Positions 13,872-27,890 of a stretch of 64,000 nt of DNA are shown here, piece by piece. Position 1 is the first letter of the stretch. The number at the start of each line of letters is the position of its first letter. Under the pieces are notes generated by a model, which did no database searches, was not told where the DNA came from, and saw only the letters and a program-made list of their open reading frames with translations. A program made the position numbers and the translations under genes. Source of the DNA: Octopus vulgaris (taxonomy: Eukaryota); NCBI GenBank assembly GCA_951406725.2, contig OX597834.1, positions 39,184,001-39,248,000 on the forward strand. The letters run 5' to 3'.

Positions 13872-14476
13872 AAGGCGGCGAGCTGGCAGAAACGTTAGCA
13901 CGCAGGGCGAAATGCGTAGCCGTATTTCGTCTGCCGTTACGTTCAGAGTTTAAATTCCGCCGAGGTCGACTTTGCCTTTCATCCTTTAGGGGTCGATAAA
14001 TTAAGTACCAGTTACGCACTGGGGTCGATGTAATCGACTTAATCCGTTTGTCTGTCCTTGTTTGTCCTCTCTGTGTTTAGCCCCTTGTGGGTAGTAAGGA
14101 AATAGGTATTTCGTCCGTCTTTATGTTCTGAGTCCAAATTCCGCCGAAGTCGACTTTGCCTTTCATCCTTTCGGGGTCGATAATTAAGTACCAGTTACGC
14201 ACTGGGGTCGATGTAATCGACTTAATTCCTTTGTCTGTCCTTGTTTGTTCCCACTATGTTTAGTCCCTAGAGGGCAATAAAGAAATAAGAATTGTTTGTA
14301 CGCCGTGCAAAAAGCTTACCGGTATTTCGTCCGTCTTTACGTTCTGAGTTCAAATTCCGCTGAAGTCAACTTTGGCTTTCATCCAAATAAGTACCAGTTG
14401 AACATTGGGTTCATTGTAATCAACTTACCCACCTCACCGAAATAACTAACCTTGTGCCAAAAATAATTTAAAGACA
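13872..14476 (+). mobile_element. SINE family A head-to-tail trimer
   Basis: Full unit plus two 5'-truncated units; approximate TSD atatctctgtcacaaat/atatctctttcatatgt. Confidence 0.85.
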
Positions 14477-14999
14477 ATATCTCTTTCATATGTTTACATT
14501 CATTAATTCAAATCCTGAGAAAACCGTGCGACTGTATCGTGGGCGCGGTAAAAATAAAACAAATTATGAATCATATTATTTGTACGGCAGTCTGGTTAAA
14601 AAGATTGCTTTGTAACTATGTGATTTCGGGTTCAATTTGATTGCACGGTGTTTTGGGTGCGTGACTTTTATCATCGCAACAGGTTCAAAGACTCGTGCAT
14701 GCAAAATTTAGCAAACAGAATTGTAGTTTTAAAGTTTATTTTAAGAATTCATCCGATCAGGTGGTTAAAACAAACTGTTTGAAATATGCTTAAATAAACT
14801 TGTTTAACCAGCCAGCCGCTTGGCGGTAAGTTTGTAAAAACGCCGAGTGAGGAAAATTCTCCGACAGCGATTCGCCGGCCAACAATTCGCGGATTGATAA
14901 AAGTCTCTTTTTGAAGAGAACGAAAATATGGCGAATCTAACGAGAGAATAAAAAAAGGTTAGTGAATTATTGGGTTCTCACACAAACTCGTTCGTTTCT

Positions 15000-15392
15000 T
15001 TTCCATTGTTATTTGAATTGAAGTTTGGCCATGCTGGGGCATCGCGTAGATACATTTTAGTTGAAAGAATCGATTCCAGTACTTTCTTTTTAGAGCATGG
15101 TACTTATCCTATCGGTCTCTTTTTGTCGAACCGCTATGTTACGGGGACGTAAACACATCAACATCGGTCGTCAAACGTTGGTGGAATAGAAACGAAGACA
15201 CAAAGACACGCATAGATATATGTACACAACGGGATTCTTTCAGTTTTCGTCTATCAAACCCACTTAAAAGGCTTTGGTCGACCTTAGGCTATAGTAGACG
15301 ACACTTGCCCACGGTGCCATGCAGTGGGATTGAACCCGGAAGCATGTGGTTAGGAAGCAAATTTCTTACCACACAGCCACGCCTGCGTCTAC
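15000..15392 (-). mobile_element. SINE family B, full length, diverged
   Basis: Reverse complement matches both head and tail. Confidence 0.85.
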
Positions 15393-16006
15393 TTAACAAA
15401 ACAATATTTTTTTTATCGTAGTGTTTTATGGTTTTTATAGCTCTTTTCTTCTACAACTTTTCTTTATCGTTTTTGAAATTTGAATAAAATCTACCTCTTT
15501 TTAGACGTATGACGATGAAGTACTAAGTAGAAAAAAGATGCGCATTTCCGACAGCTGTTTCTCTTTACCTTCAATCAAGGTTCCAAAACTGGCAAATAAA
15601 TCTGTGGTACTGAGTAGAATATTTGCCATAACGATATTTCTGCATATATAGTGTTACGCCTCTTTATACTAAATACTATCTGACCTAATTCTCTTTCGTC
15701 CTTTAATCCCTTGTCCTAACTATCTCCAAATTCTCAATTTTTAAAAATATATTTTGTCCTAAATCTCATTGTGCTGAATATTTTTGTCCTAAATTTCTCT
15801 TTCCTATTCTATTCATTTCTACCATTTGCTCTTCATGACAAAACCGGTTCCTCTCCACAGTTCAAGAGCCTGTGTATGCTTATATCTGCATGTACGTATT
15901 TTATTTATACGTATATATGCTTATGTGTATACACCTAAGTATGCATGCATGTGTACGTCCGAATCGGTGTATTCACGTATGTCTCTATATATGTATGCAT
16001 TTATTC

Positions 16007-16058
<52 letters not shown>

Positions 16059-16434
16059 CTATTATGGATAAGTGTATGTATATATGCGTATGTATCTACG
16101 CATACATATACATGTAGATGTACGCACGTAAAATCATTACATATGCATGTGAACACACGCACACTATACATTTGAGCTGATGGATTATAAATATATAAAC
16201 ATACATAAAGATATACATACGTACACACATACATACATACACATATATACATATATCAAACACACGTACACGCGCGCGCGAAAAACACACACATACATAT
16301 CCTCCTTTTAGGGTTTCTCTCGCCTCTTTCACTTCATTTCTTACAACTTGACAAATTGTTCTTACGCCCATTTTTACTTGAATATCGTTTGAGGAGTTGA
16401 AAGGCGCAGAGTAGACATCCTTCTCACCTACTCC

Positions 16435-16488
<54 letters not shown>

Positions 16489-16793
16489 TACACAACAACA
16501 ACAACATACACGTCTAGGCTCACACATGCACACACGTTTAGACGGCGCTTTCCTTCCTATCTAAAAAAAGTCGCACTAAAGAAAAGATAAGCGAAGTGAG
16601 CAGGGTTTTAAAACCCAGGGAGCTGACAGCTACTACAGAGAATAGGGGCCTGAACAGAGACGTATTGCTTTCGTTTAATAATGTCATTTAGGGGTGGTGA
16701 ATACATTGTTAATTAACACAATAGAAATTAACCTTCATTAAATCATTAAATATGCAATGCACACATACACATATGTATGCATGTGTCTATATA

Positions 16794-17060
<267 letters not shown>

Positions 17061-17297
17061 GTGTGTGTGTACGTGTATATATATATATATATATATGTGT
17101 GTTCTTTTACTTGTTGCAGTCATTTGACTGCGGCCATGCTGGCACCGCCTTTAGTCGAGTACATCGACCCCAGGACTTATTCTTTGTAAGCCTAGTAATT
17201 ATTCTATCGGAATTTTGAACTCAGAACGTAAAGACAGACGAACTACCCACCGCTAAGCATTTCGCCCGGCGTGCTAATGTTTCTGCCAGCTCGTCAC

Positions 17298-17343
<46 letters not shown>

Positions 17344-17375
17344 TTAGTAATAATGGTGATGATGATGATGATGAA

Positions 17376-17422
<47 letters not shown>

Positions 17423-17775
17423 CGATGATGACGACGACGACGATGATGATGATGATGATGATGATGATGTGTGTGCGTTCATGTGTTAGTGTGTGTGTAG
17501 GGCGTGTGTATTTTCTTTGCACAATTGAAGCCAGTCCTTAACAGAGTGACATTCTTCCCTTTTTGAGGTTTATGAGTGAACGTGTGGGTGTATATATTAT
17601 ATATATATACCGGTCCGTGTTAATATTTATGTGAGTGTGTATATGGATTTTGTGCTTGAATGAATGCGCTTGTTAGAATGTTAGTGTTTGCACTCAAAGA
17701 TTTAGGGTGTACATGTCGACTTAGTACTCGCGTGGATTTTCCTTTCATTCATATATATTCGTGTGTGTGTGTTGT

Positions 17776-18512
17776 TGTGAAGGCACGTGGCATAGCGGTT
17801 AGGGTATTCGGTTCACGATCGTAAAGCCGTGAGTTCGATTCCCGCTGGAGAGTCGTGTCCTTTTAGCAAGACACTTTAATTCACGTTGCTCCAGTTCACT
17901 CAGCTGGCAACAATGAGATGTACCTATTTCTTTACTACCAACAAGGGGCTAAACATAGAGGGGACAAACAAGGACAGACATAAGAATTAAGTCGATTACA
18001 TCGACCCCAGTGCGTAACTGGTACTTAATTTATCGACCCCGAAAGGATGAAAGGCAAAGTCGACCTCGGCGGAATTTGAACTCAAAACGTTGCGCCAGAC
18101 GAAATACCTATTTCTTTACTACCCACAAGGGGCTAAACACAGAGGGACAAACAAGGACAGACAAACAGATTAAGTCGATTACATCGACCCCAGTGCGTAA
18201 CTGGTACTTAATTTATCGACCCCGAAAGGATGAAAGGCAAAGTCGACCTCAGCGGAATTTGAACTCAAAACGTTGCGCCAGACGAAATACCGCTAAGCAT
18301 TTCGCCCGGCGTGCTAACGAGTCTGCCAGCTCGCCGCATACAATGATATGTACCTGTAATTCACTGGGGGCCAGCCTTGTCACGCTCCGTGTCACGCTGA
18401 ATCTCTCTGACAACTACGTCATGGGTATGCGTGTCTGTGGAATACTCAGCCACTTGCACGTTAGTTCTACGAACCGGCTGTTCTGTCAATCGGAACTACT
18501 GAGATACTCGTC
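17776..18512 (+). mobile_element. SINE family C (tRNA head, cttgagcaagacac-type core) split by a family A dimer
   Basis: Head 17776-17925, resumes 18340-18512; 3' half matches the reverse complement of 52925-53100. Confidence 0.85.
17926..18339 (-). mobile_element. SINE family A dimer nested in the family C SINE
   Basis: Two tandem units; 16-bp TSD acaatga(g/t)atgtacct at 17910 and 18340. Confidence 0.9.
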
Positions 18513-18844
18513 GTTATTGTTGTTGCTGTTGTTGTCGCTACTAATTAGTGTTGCTATGGTTGTTATTAATTAGCGTAGTTGTTGATGATGATGATGTCAC
18601 TATGCGTTTGTTGTTGATATCGTTGTTGTTATTTTTTTTTTTTTAAATCCTCGTCTTCTCTGATCGAGCAGAGCTATAACCAATGCATTCCCACCGTAGC
18701 CATCCTGTCTTCTATGTAGAGAAAGTGAGGGCAACATTATCGGAAGTGGTTTTTTTCTAAGAAGGCGGAGTGTAACATGAGGGTGATTTGGCTGCGATTT
18801 GTTGTAGGTTGAGGAGATTTGATGGTGGTGTTACAGGTGTAGGG

Positions 18845-18873
18845 AAAGAAAGCAAGGAAGAAAGAAGGAAGGT

Positions 18874-18908
<35 letters not shown>

Positions 18909-18957
18909 CGGTAAGGAAGAAGGTAAGAAAGATGGAAGGGGAGAAAGGAAGGAAGGA

Positions 18958-19017
<60 letters not shown>

Positions 19018-19106
19018 AGGACGGAAGAAAGAAGGTAAAGGAGAAGGTAAGAAAGATGGAAGGAAATAGAAGAAAGGCAGGAACGAAGGAAGGAATGAAA
19101 GAAAAA

Positions 19107-19150
<44 letters not shown>

Positions 19151-19375
19151 AAAAAAGGAAGGAAGGAAAGAAGGAAACAGAGAGAGAGAGAACGAAAGAA
19201 AGAAGGAAAGAGAGAAAGAGAGCTAGAAGAAAGAAAGAAAGAAAGAAAGACAAAGAAAGAAAGAGAGAAAATGAGTAAGAAAGAAAAGAGGAAAGAAAAG
19301 GGAGGAAGAAAGAAAGCAGTAAAGAAAGAGGGAAAAGGAAAGGAAGGAAAGAAGGAAGGAAATAGAAAGAGTAGA
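18845..19375. repeat. (GAAA)n/(GGAA)n polypurine tract
   Basis: Direct observation. Confidence 0.95.
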
Positions 19376-19439
19376 TAATAAATCAAAAATGGCGAAGATG
19401 GGTGATGGTTCGGTTTCGCCCATATTTTCGTTATACTTT

Positions 19440-19632
19440 TCTACTTATAGACACAAAGCCTGGAATTTTATGGGGATGAGGTAAAATCGATGACAGCGAT
19501 CGATGCTAGTGTCCAACTAGTACTTAATTTATCGACCCCGAAATAATGAAAGGGAAAAGTCGACCTCGGCGGAATTTGAACACAGAACGTACGAACAAAA
19601 TGGCGCTAATGATTCTGCCCCGCTCGCCGCCT
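19440..19632 (-). mobile_element. SINE family A, diverged
   Basis: Reverse complement of family A. Confidence 0.8.
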
Positions 19633-19664
19633 TCCATATTTCTCAATATTATGGTTACTTCGAG

Positions 19665-20245
19665 CAACACCACGGCCACCACCACCACCGTCATGACAAT
19701 CGCTATCAGCCTACGTTTTACTACCACCTCTACAACTAACCTCACCACCACCGCCGCCATCATCACCACCACCACCACCACCACCAACATCACCACCACA
19801 ACCACCACCACTACTACCACCAACACCAACACCACTAACCTCACCATCAACACACTGCCACCACCACACCACCACCACCACCACCTCCACTACCACTACT
19901 GTTGCCACTTCTACCACTACCACCACCTCCACCACCACCACACCACCACCACCACCATAACCACCACCACTACTACCACCACACCACCACTACCACCACC
20001 TCCACTACCACTACTGTTGCCACTAGTACTTCTACCACCTCACCCCCAACACTATCACCACTGTTGCCACTACTCCCATGACCACCACCACCATCACCAC
20101 ATCTCCAACACTCATCACTAGAGATATCATCATAATCATCACTACAACCATCGGCCTCATCACCTCTGCTACCACGACGACGACCACGACCACCACGACC
20201 ACCACGACCACCACGAGCACCACCAACACCACCGTAGCCACCAGG
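19665..20245. repeat. Degenerate (ACC)n tract
   Basis: Direct observation. Confidence 0.9.
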
Positions 20246-20542
20246 TCTTCTCACTTCCTCATGAATATTTATGACCCAAAACTCCGCCTTCCTCACACGA
20301 ATATACTCTGTCCCCTCGTGAAACACTTACAGAATGAATTGCATTACAACGAATTGTTGTAACATTGGAGTTGTTTGAACAAAGATCGTGTTTGTTGTCG
20401 CTCTTCGTACAACATCAAGACAAACATCTTTCTGCCCTGCTTATTGACAGCACCTACGCTTACATACGACTATATGTGTGTATACGCACATACATACATA
20501 CATACATGCATACATACATACATACATACATACATACATACA

Positions 20543-20575
<33 letters not shown>

Positions 20576-20703
20576 GTGTGGGGGGATGTGTGTTGTGTGT
20601 ATAGACGTGTATCTATAGACATACATATATAAAGACACATACACAAATCTGAATAATATATATATATATGTATATATATATACATATATATATATATATA
20701 CAT

Positions 20704-20768
<65 letters not shown>

Positions 20769-21149
20769 TATGCACATACCTGCATACACACACACATTCT
20801 CACTCTCACTCTCTCCCTCTCCCTCCATCTCTCTCTCTCATATATATATATATATTTGTACGTGTGGTACGTGTGTGTGTGTAAGATCCAAGGATCGAGG
20901 TGTAGGAACAATACTGGTTCATGCTTTATCGTGCTTGAATGTTGCGGATTTTGTCGCATCGAAGTACGATAAGCTGGAAAAGATTCTGTTCATTCATATT
21001 TCACTGCAGACAACTAGAGTTGCCGGGTATGCGAATAATACAAGAGTTAAGAAATGGAATAAGTAAGATCCGCGCTACGTATGTTTCATAGCGAGGTTTC
21101 GCCCACTAGGAAACATGTAGCTCGGTTCCTACTCCATTCCTTAACCCTT

Positions 21150-21209
<60 letters not shown>

Positions 21210-21301
21210 CATAATAGTAATAATATTAATAATATAAGGGAATATTATTGCAAACTTACAGGGAAAAATTCAATTTAGAAATACTAAATCAATTTTCACA
21301 A

Positions 21302-21337
<36 letters not shown>

Positions 21338-22037
21338 TAGAAAAAAACCCACCTTTTAGCAATTCAAAATGAAAAATTAAATTACACCATCTAATATATA
21401 TATATATGAAATGGAACAAAAACGCACTAGAGGACAATAAGACATTCGGACAGATAGGCGATAGATACAAAGGCGGATAGGAGAAACAACAATTAGAAGT
21501 AAAGGGGAAAAAAAGGACGGGTCATTCGTGGCCTTCTTTCTTCAGTCAAGTTACCAGATGTCCTTCTGGTTTCGGACAGTTACGCTTGACAGTTCGATCT
21601 GTTTAACTGTTACACTAAATTCACTGTTTTGTGTTTTCTGAAATGTATTTATTCATCGATTTTTATATACACACGCAATATGTTTCCGCGTGTATTTCTC
21701 TCCCTAATCTACCGGATCAATCAACTGTTAAATACGACAACCAAAATAGAGCAGCGTTCACCAATTCAATGACCCACTCGTCAATCGAGCTAAACTACCC
21801 GTTGATTAGCCGATTTGTTGATCCATCAACAAGACATGTCATTTAACATTGGAAAATTACCACAAAAATATTTCGAAATATTTGGGTTTACACCGAGACG
21901 TTTCAAAATGAATAAATAAAAAAAAAAAAAAAGAACAACGACCTGTGAAGTTGGTGATGCTCCAGCATGGCATATATTTGCTGAACCCAAAGTAAAGAAT
22001 TATGCTGGACCTCAAATAATCTATGGTATTTACACCC

Positions 22038-22465
22038 CTTTCTTCTTCTTCTTCTTCTTCTTCTTCTTCTTCTTCTTCTTCTTCTTCTCCTCCTCCTTCT
22101 TCTTCTTCTTCTTCTTCTTCTTCTTCTTCTTCTTCTTCTTCTTCTTCTTCTTCTTCTTCTTCTTCTTCTTCTTCTTCTTCTTCTTCTTCTTCTTCTTCTT
22201 CTTTTCCTCCGCCTCCTCCTTCTTTTTCTTCCAATTCTTCTTCTTCTTCTTCCAATTCTTCTTCTTCTTCTTCTTCTTCTTCTTCTTCTTCTTCTTCTTC
22301 TTCTTCTTCTTCTTCTCCTTTTCCTTCTCCTCCTCCTTCTTTTCTTCTTCTCCTCCTCCTCCTTCTTCTTCTTCTTCTTCTTTTTCTTCTTCTTCTTCTT
22401 CTTCTTCTTCTTCTTCTTCTTCTTCTTCTTCTTCTTCTTCTTCTTCTTCAACTCCTCCTTCTTCA
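22038..22465. repeat. (TTC)n tract
   Basis: Direct observation, ~430 bp. Confidence 0.95.
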
Positions 22466-23131
22466 CTTAAGTGAAAAGAAGATGTCATAATATGTCAAAT
22501 GGTTCCTGGAATAATATTTCCAGCAATTTCCGGATTAACCATTTGGACGGTCATATGCGGATACATCTCTGCAAACAATAACACTTTACTCGTATCAAAT
22601 ATGGCGCCCAAAGCATGACTATGATATAAAACATCGTTATATATCTCTTCCATGTGGTGCGATTAAGTTAGTCAATGGCCCGGGCCATTTTGGGCCGAAA
22701 CTTATAAGCTAAGTAAACGCTACGAATATACAACGGCGACGCAAAGATTTGAGATCTTGATGAATAAACTTTGATCGGAAGATTGTGGTTGTGTTCTTGA
22801 GCAAAACATTTTATTTCACGTAGGTTCTGTCAAAAATGAGTAAACCTGAGACGGAGGGCGTCTCGCCCAGAGGGGAAATATGCGTGTCACAGAAACCGGG
22901 GAATCGGCCCTATGGGTCATTATGACTCGGAAAGGACCTCATGATTAGCGCACATCTCACTCAATATACTTAACCGTGAATAAATAACGTGAAATACCTA
23001 CGTCGGGAGCACTGTATAACTGACGACTGTTTCATTGGTTTGCGTTGTGCAGAGTTATCATCTTCGTATGTCTTTGAGACGGCAACACTAAAACAGCTGA
23101 AGCACCATTGTTCCTCCTCTCACTTCTTCTC

Positions 23132-23219
<88 letters not shown>

Positions 23220-23419
23220 GTCTGTCTTTCTGTCTGTCTGTCTGTGTGTCTGATGTTTAACCCAGCTGCACCATTACATCATTGTCGTCACAGCAACCAT
23301 CAAACAGCAGCCCTACCGCTTTCGCCCCACCGTTCCGCTATTTCCTGCACCCCCCACAAACATCATACACAAACATCTATATACACAGAAGCACACACAT
23401 GTGCAAGCAATGCAGATAC

Positions 23420-23478
<59 letters not shown>

Positions 23479-23491
23479 TATATATATATAG

Positions 23492-23567
<76 letters not shown>

Positions 23568-24123
23568 CACACACACACATATCTAGACATATTGTATATG
23601 TATATACATAGTCATCCACATATATTCCCTAATACGCCTCCTACACACACATATACACCACGTTCGTTGAGATTCAAACACACTTATATACGCAGAGTTC
23701 TCAAGAAGAAAACACGTGTTCACTTTTCTTTTCTGTGACACAGTGCCATCGGTAAGAGGTAGAGGAGGTGGGTTCCCTGTCTCACCAGGTGTTAAACTAT
23801 CGAATGTAAGGCGGGGCAGTGAACCTCCCCTACAACCGCTTTATCCTTGTATTATTAGATCTTGTTATACACACACACACAGACACACAAGCACACATAC
23901 ACACACACAAGTATATATATATATATATATACGCACCGAGAAGTAATATTTATCCCCACTTAAACGTGGATGTAATAAATATATGTAATATATATATTTT
24001 ATAATCAATAGGTGATTATATGATTATATATATATATTGAATTTTTCCAATAATAAGTATGCATAGGAATTGAGATTATTTCCTTACCTTAACGTTTGTT
24101 GTTCTCTTTAAAAATTATATATA

Positions 24124-24254
24124 TACGAGCAGTATCGCCCGGCGTTGCTTGGGTTTGTTTCGACCCTTTAAAATTAGAATTTTTGAAAATTAAAAATTTT
24201 GCATTATGTACCTTGTTATTCTCTTTAAGTGAACATTTTTCTGGTTGAAATACA

Positions 24255-24256
<2 letters not shown>
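24124..24256 (+). mobile_element. Non-autonomous Helitron-like 5' fragment
   Basis: tac(g/t)agcagtatcgcccggcgttgcttggg resembles the ACTAGC...CCCGGCGTTGCTCGGG start of non-autonomous rolling-circle repeats. Confidence 0.5.
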
Positions 24257-24316
<60 letters not shown>

Positions 24317-24449
24317 CATACATACAAACAATCATACATACATACATACATACATACATACATACTTACATACATACATACAAACATATATATATATACA
24401 TACGTGTATACGTACACATACATTCAAAGCTAGTTACCTACCTACCTAC

Positions 24450-24480
<31 letters not shown>

Positions 24481-24665
24481 CATACATACATACATACATA
24501 CATACATACATACATACATACATACATACATACATACATACATACATGCATGCTCGTATGCACGCGTATATACATACCTACATACATATATGTACACAGA
24601 AACACATACATATATACACAAACGCATACGAGTATGTATATACATACAAATTCGGAGATCAACTG

Positions 24666-24696
<31 letters not shown>

Positions 24697-24764
24697 TATT
24701 CACACACATGTACAGAGACTCATTCTTGTTTGAAAAAATGCCATCTGGTGTCACAAGTTCAAAC

Positions 24765-25295
24765 CGCACCACCCCTGCCACCACTGTGCCACCGCAATCA
24801 CCACTTATACCACTATTAACACCACTACCGCAACTAGCACGCATGCCGCCGCCGCCACCAAAACCACCACCACCACCACCACCACCACCACCACCACCAC
24901 CACCACCACCATTACCGCCACCGGCGCCGCCGCCCTCACCGCCAGCACCACCACCTTATTAATTCCAACCACCGCTGCTACCACCACCACCACCACCATC
25001 GCCACTACCGGCACCACCATCACTACCACCACCTCTACCTCCGTAATCACCCGTACAGCCCCACACAATAACCATGCATATCGCCATTAACACTACTACC
25101 GCAGCCACCACCCATATGGCAACCATCACCACCAACCCTACTGTCACAATCACCAAACATACCGCAATCACTACCACCACCACCACCCTATCACTACCAC
25201 CGCCACTACCACTGCCAACCACGCATACCGCCACCATTACCACCACCACCACACATACCGCCACCGCTACCCACCACCACCACCACCACCACCAG
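24765..25295. repeat. Degenerate (CCA)n tract
   Basis: Direct observation. Confidence 0.9.
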
Positions 25296-26014
25296 GGGTG
25301 ATTGCTGTTTCGTGACGCTGAGTGTTCTGTGGTGACGAGACTGCAGTCGGCACATTAAAGGATGAGTGCCTCTGGAAATAATAAAATAATAGCCATATTG
25401 ATTGCAAAGCCCAATAAAATGTTCAGTTGTTCGGATCCCTAGGGATCTCCGGATCACTGTAGACACAAATAAACAAATAATGCACGGAGAAGAAATCAGT
25501 GTTCGCATTAAACTTAATATACATATTGCTTCTCAATCACCGACGATGCTTCAATCTTGTAGCTTGCCCTCCGCTCAATATGGCTGCCGCACTCTATCTA
25601 TCTATCAACAGACGATAGGAAATGACGAACGCATGGTTCAGTGAGGGATCGCGTTTAGTTCTGCCATCAATATGCTTTTCAGAGAAGGAGCAAACTAATC
25701 GATGGTGATGCCCTAAAACTTGTACGTTGTCCTTTTCGATAGAGTTATTACATCTTCAACAGATTCATTGGGATATATACCCGGTTGTGAGGGTACCTCT
25801 GTATATGTATGAGTGAGTGTGTGTGTTAGATAATGAAATGCATGGTTTATACCTGGTAGCTGACCGAAAGCTCGGTCACTTTCATTGATGTTAGATGTGC
25901 CGAAACAATTGTAGTGATTTAAAAAATTCACATATCTTCTATCTTCCGTCTCTCTTTACCCCCTATACACAAACGCACACACACACACACACACACACAC
26001 GTATATTATATTGT

Positions 26015-26752
<738 letters not shown>

Positions 26753-27584
26753 AATTCATACGCGCATATGTGTATATGTAGACAGAATGCTAAGTATATT
26801 TAAACACGCGTTAAGTAGAAATGGTTAAATTTCTAAGTGAGGGTGCGTCCCAGTAAAGCAGAGCAAAGAGAAATGACTAGGAGTCGCCAGTGGCATTTAT
26901 TTGAACCACATAGACAAATATAAATATATCGAATACCATATTCCAGAAAACTTTTGATTTATTAGAATTATTTCCGCCTCCAGAAGTTGTTCTATAGTTA
27001 AGAATTGGCGATAGAGACCAGCTTCGCCTGAGAAAGGGAGAAAATCTCAAGACTGAAGAATTCTCCGAAGTTGAATAGCTATTATGGAAAACGGCAGGCT
27101 TATTATCTGGTGGTAAGAGAACAGTCGTGAATCCGTGTTTCTGCCTCAATAATCGTCATCAACACTACAACTGCCCGACTTTATCTCCTGAGACCGTTGG
27201 TTTCAAACCTATTAGGAACTTTGGGTAGATAACTCAGTCCCGCCCGCAGCACCGACAATTATTTTGAGTTTACAAAACGAACTGACAGTTGCGTATTTCT
27301 TCGACCAGTTGTAGAGAGGTTCTGGGCATTCAGCCATTTGCTTCTGACGAGTCACATTTACTGCTGAGCACTTTATAGCTGCGAAACCAATGGTCACTTT
27401 CTGATCAGCTATAACTTTTAAGTTAGTAATATATATATACACATCGATATACGTCGAGCTTCTTTCAGTTTCCATCTACCGTATCCGCTTCCAAGGATCT
27501 AATCGGCCCGGGGTATATTTGAAGACAGTCACCCAAACAGTCTCGCAGTAGGACTGAACTGGAAATCATATGGTTGATTAACAA

Positions 27585-27890
27585 AGGAGGAATTTCAACC
27601 GTGTTTCGTGGTCTGCTACCACAACAGCTCCTTTATAGGATCCAGTTAGCTCATGACATCATCAGGAGGAACCACGTCCGGTTTCGGCCCCTACTCCTCT
27701 ACCGTTTTGACGTGACGCCCCCCCCCCTTTCGGAGGTGTCTTCAGCTCTGGTGTTGGGTGCATGTCTTCTTTCTTCTTCTTTCTTCTGTTCCCTGGCCTC
27801 TTCGATGTAGCTCCGATAGGGTCTGACTATACTCCCTGTTGAGGTTTCAACAGGGGAGTATAGCTACTCTTTGCCGGAGTTTCAACATCA
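27585..27890 (-). mobile_element. Penelope-like repeat with two degenerate hammerhead-like cores
   Basis: Minus strand CTGAAGA...GAAAccgg and CTGATGA...GAAAcacg in tandem, plus strong hairpin 27827-27863. Confidence 0.45.

Noticed and set aside
18010-18573. Recurrent ORF MRNWYLIYRPRKDERQSRPRR
   Set aside because: Antisense translation of SINE family A
23749-23805. Two microexon-like segments (8 and 17 nt)
   Set aside because: Not frame-preserving and unsupported without RNA data
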